In this document: positions 60,804-64,000 of the stretch, piece after piece
How positions within the stretch are numbered: position 1 is the stretch's first letter
How the letters are laid out: each line of letters begins with the position of its first letter
Assembly: GCA_964604165.1 (NCBI GenBank)
Contig: CAZRYF010000013.1
Span: 3,408 to 67,407, forward strand
From: an uncultured Enterobacterales bacterium
GTDB taxonomy: Bacteria > Myxococcota_A > UBA796 > CAJQPC01
Length of the DNA: 64,000 nt
Reading direction: 5' to 3'
The notes under the pieces: generated by a model
What the model was told of the DNA's origin: nothing
Databases searched by the model: none
Seen by the model: only the letters and a program-made list of their open reading frames with translations
Position numbers and translations under genes: made by a program

Positions 60804-62795
60804 ATGGTAAAGAAACGGACCCTCTTGTTGAGCATGCTTCTGCTGGGCGGGGGCAGCGCCTGTCTGCCGACCCCCGACAAGGTCGATACGGGCTCGGGGG
60901 ACACAGTCGACAGCACGGTGAAGTCCGGAGATCTGGACGGCGACGGCTATATCTCTGAAGCTGATTGTGACGATGAAAACGCGGAGATCCACCCGGGGAT
61001 GGAGGAGATCTGCAACGGGTTGGACGACAATTGCAATGGGGTGGTGGACGAGGGATTCGGGGATGTGGACGAGGACGGCATCTCGGACTGTGTAGATGCG
61101 GAAGACTGCGATGGGCTGGACAACGATGGGGATGGGGAGATCGATGAGGACTTCGGCGATGTAGATGGCGATGGGGTTGCAGACTGCCTGGATGGAGAGG
61201 AATGCGACGGCGTGGACAACAACGGTGATGGGGCCGTGGACGAAGGCTACGACGCCGATGGCGATGGATATACGTCCTGCGGCACTGAGGCCGTGGCGGC
61301 GGACTGCGACGACCTGGATGCCTCGATCCACCCGGGTGCCGCCGAGGTGGATGGAAACTCGGTGGATGAAGACTGCGACCTGCTCGTGGACGAGGGAAAC
61401 TGGCAAGTGGGGGACCTGGTGATCACCGAGGTGCTGGTAAATCCGGGGCATGTCTCCGATCCAAAGGGCGAGTGGGTTGAGCTGTACAACGCGAGTGGTG
61501 GCACCTTGAACCTCAACGGGGTGCAGCTGGTCTCGGGAACCGAGATTTACGCGCTCGATTCGGAGACGTTGATCTCCTTGGACCCCGAGAGTGTCTATGT
61601 CGTGGGTGCCAGCACCTTGACCCAGGAGAACGGGCGGGCTGCCGTTGACCATGCGTGGTCTTCAATTCAACTGGGCAATGAGACCGACAGCATCGCCCTG
61701 CACGTGGAAGGCCTGGTCATCGATCGGGTGGACTGGGATGATGGCGCCACAATGCTGGACCCAAACGGGGCGAGTCTGCACCTGGACCCCTGGTATTTCA
61801 ACGACACGGACAACGATCTGCCAGCCAGCTGGTGTGTGGGCTTTGAAGCTTGGAGCGTGGGATCGGACCTCGGCTCACCGGGTGTGGTGAACGATTATTG
61901 CCCCGAGTTTGACCGGGACCTGGATGGCTTCAACCCCTCCACCGGGGACTGCGACGAGGACGATGCGACGGTGTATCCAGGTGCCACCGAGACCTGGTAC
62001 GACGGCGTCGACCAGAACTGCGACGGGTTGGATGACTTTGATGCCGACCAGGACGGGCAGGGTTCCGATGCCCATGGCGGCACGGATTGCAACGATGCAG
62101 ATGCCGCCATCCACCCCGGGGCCACGGAAGTCTGCGACGGCGTGGACAACGACTGTGACGGCACGGTGGATGGGGCCACCGCTGCGGATGCCTTTACCTG
62201 GTTCCCGGATGTGGATGGAGACTCCTACGGCGATCCGAACAGCGGCGTCGTGGATTGCTCGGCTCCCAGCGGCTACATCGCGACAGGCCAGGACTGTGAT
62301 GACTCGGACGCCACCATCCATCCAGCCGCCGCAGAAGACTGTGATGATGCCATCGATCATGACTGCAACGGCTTTTCCACCTGCTCCTCCTGCGGAGACG
62401 GTGTGCTGGACCTGGACGAGGAATACGAACCACCCCCGGGTCCGTTCACCCACCTGCTTGTGGACAGCCAGACCTGCCGGTGGGACTTCTCTGGCGTGAG
62501 CCAGCTGTACTGCAACGGAAGCTGCTCCTGGGCGGGAGGGAGCGACTGCGACCAGGACGACGCCGACCTTTTCTGCCAGCTGATCATGGACAACGAAAAC
62601 TCCACAGCGACCAGCTACTCCATGCTCACCGCGCTGGCCGAGCCGGGGATTCCCTGCAACCACAGCACCTATGGCGCAGCCATCAGCGGCGTGGATCGGG
62701 GAGTGGGGATCACGATGACCTGGCAGGACTCTTCCATTCTCGCGAACCATGGCCCGGGCACGGTGATCACGGACCCTGTCTGCACGAACCCCTAG
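60804..62795 (+). CDS. lipoprotein with TSP3-like Ca-binding repeats, MopE-like repeats, a lamin-tail domain (LTD) and a Cys-rich C-terminal domain
   Basis: ATG 60804 follows GGAG and gives the signal MVKKRTLLLSMLLLGGGSAC. The LTD block LVITEVLVNPGHVSDPKGEWVELYNASGGTLNLNGVQL lies at about 61398-61885. MopE cores EICNGLDDNCNG and EVCDGVDNDCDG are present, and the C-terminus contains CSSCGDGVLDLDEEYE. Confidence 0.8.
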   Translation: MVKKRTLLLSMLLLGGGSACLPTPDKVDTGSGDTVDSTVKSGDLDGDGYISEADCDDENAEIHPGMEEICNGLDDNCNGVVDEGFGDVDEDGISDCVDAEDCDGLDNDGDGEIDEDFGDVDGDGVADCLDGEECDGVDNNGDGAVDEGYDADGDGYTSCGTEAVAADCDDLDASIHPGAAEVDGNSVDEDCDLLVDEGNWQVGDLVITEVLVNPGHVSDPKGEWVELYNASGGTLNLNGVQLVSGTEIYALDSETLISLDPESVYVVGASTLTQENGRAAVDHAWSSIQLGNETDSIALHVEGLVIDRVDWDDGATMLDPNGASLHLDPWYFNDTDNDLPASWCVGFEAWSVGSDLGSPGVVNDYCPEFDRDLDGFNPSTGDCDEDDATVYPGATETWYDGVDQNCDGLDDFDADQDGQGSDAHGGTDCNDADAAIHPGATEVCDGVDNDCDGTVDGATAADAFTWFPDVDGDSYGDPNSGVVDCSAPSGYIATGQDCDDSDATIHPAAAEDCDDAIDHDCNGFSTCSSCGDGVLDLDEEYEPPPGPFTHLLVDSQTCRWDFSGVSQLYCNGSCSWAGGSDCDQDDADLFCQLIMDNENSTATSYSMLTALAEPGIPCNHSTYGAAISGVDRGVGITMTWQDSSILANHGPGTVITDPVCTNP

Positions 62796-64000
62796 GTGGC
62801 TTGGGCGCCCGCCGATGGATCCCCCCCTCGGCTGTCTCAGCTGGTGGCACTGCTCGCCGTCTCTGGCTTTGCGTCCCTGGTCTATGAGCTGCTTTGGATG
62901 CGGCGTTTTTCCCTGGTGTTCGGCAGCGGTGCCTTGTCGGTCACCTTGACGGTGGCCACGCTCTTTGGAGGCATGGGCCTCGGTGGGCTCCTGGCCGGCA
63001 CGGCTGGGGGGAGCGGGCCCTTGCGGCGGTATGCGGTGCTAGAGGCCCTGGCGGCTCTGTGGGCCCTGGCCTTGCCCGGTGCCTTGGGCGTGCTCTCGGT
63101 TGGGGTGCGAGAACATCCTGGGTTGGGCATGCAGGCGGCCTTGGTGATCGCCCTGGCTGGGCCGCCTGCCCTGGCCTTGGGCGCCACGCTGCCTGTGGTG
63201 GCGGGGGGCTCTCCCGATCCCGGGATGTGGCCACGGCCTACGCGGCCAACACCGCGGGTGCCGTAGCGGGGGTGGTGGCGCTGCCTTTGGTGCTGCTGCC
63301 CCATTTGGGGGTGCGGGGGTCGGAGCTTCTTGCGGTGGCGTTGGCCCTTCTGGTGTCGGCGGTGGCGTGGCGTCTGCCCTGGCCGGAGCCGGTGCAGGCT
63401 TCGGTGCCCTCGGGCCATCCCAGGGGGCTGCATCACGGGTCGGCGTTGTGGGCGGTCGGAATCTCAGGTGCGGTGGCCATGTCTTTGCAGGTGGCTTGGA
63501 CTCGTCTGGCAGCGGTCTTGTTGGGACCATCCATTTACGCCTTTGCAGCGGTCCTGGCCGTCTTCTTGTCCTTTGTGGCGGCGGGGGCGGCCCTTGGGCG
63601 ACGCTGGACCCGTCCCGAGGCTATGGGGACCGCGCTGGCCGCCCTCGGGCTTCTGTCCCTGTTGGGGGCGTTGCTCTACGGGCAACTTCCGGTGTTGCTC
63701 GGCGTGGGGTTCGGCAATGTGGGTCCCGCAGGCATGATGTGGGTGTCGCTATACCTGTTGCTTTTTGCCATGGCAGGCGCACCGCTTGCTTCCGGAGTGG
63801 TCTTTTCCTGCGCTCTTTCTCTGGCCCAGGGGAGCGAGCAGCAAGCCACAGCAAGGGTCTACGGGGTGAACACCCTGGCCGGGGTGGTGGGGTCGGCTGC
63901 CACGGGCCTGTGGTTGGTTCCAAGGTTGGGGGTGCAGGGGTGTGTGACCCTGGCGGCGTGCGTGGCGTTTGTGGGGGCGGCTGTGTTGCTTCGCCGCTCT
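62796..64000 (+). pseudogene. fused MFS / spermidine-synthase-like membrane protein, reading frame broken at a G6 tract (true frameshift or sequence error); 3' end outside the window
   Basis: ORF 62796-63266 (LVALLAVSGFASLVYELLWMRRFSLVFG...) terminates at 63266. The family-typical continuation DVATAYAANTAGAVAGVVALPLVLLP... runs stop-free in another frame from 63224 to 64000 by hand translation. The switch point is compatible with the G6 run at 63203-63208. Confidence 0.55.

Overview
High-GC, gene-dense bacterial chromosomal window with about 50 protein genes. I recognised no rRNA, tRNA or CRISPR array. The gene content (Hanks kinases, MopE-type Cys/Asp-repeat lipoproteins, FG-GAP and LTD domains) looks Myxococcota-like, but that is inference from content only. 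Layout: (i) 1-6.7 kb holds a partial kinase, a GH3-family ligase, a GT2 glycosyltransferase, a roughly 0.8 kb lower-GC scar carrying a 33/58-bp repeat family and an IS110 transposase relic, and two exported proteins. (ii) 6.75-18.46 kb is a plus-strand, translationally coupled type-II KS/CLF lipid cluster: FabZ-like dehydratase, KS, CLF-like, an embedded Ser/Thr kinase, a second KS, a serpin relic, FabD, a second CLF-like protein, a long ACP, an acyl-ACP-reductase-like enzyme and a GT-C-like membrane protein. (iii) 18.5-28.0 kb holds miaB and a menaquinone operon (polyprenyl synthase, ubiE/menG, menF, menD, menA, menC, menE). (iv) 28.0-39.0 kb is a minus-strand six-gene operon: GH3-like ligase, a 2088-aa megasynthase (N-terminal AurF-like di-iron domain, FAAL, ACP, KS, AT, DH, ACP), an acyl-CoA dehydrogenase, a stand-alone E2-type acyltransferase, an Sfp-type PPTase and a hotdog thioesterase. 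(v) 39-64 kb holds a 1914-aa MopE-repeat/FG-GAP lipoprotein, ABC systems, an SGNH hydrolase, a lone short flagellin, a HEAT protein, a CapD-like dehydratase, a methyltransferase, an isoaspartyl peptidase, an ABC exporter pair, a RimB-like protein, an M28 peptidase, an LTD/MopE lipoprotein and a frameshifted MFS/spermidine-synthase-like gene. The best candidate for an undescribed system is block (iv), possibly working together with block (ii). All family assignments come from motif reading by eye; no database search was run.
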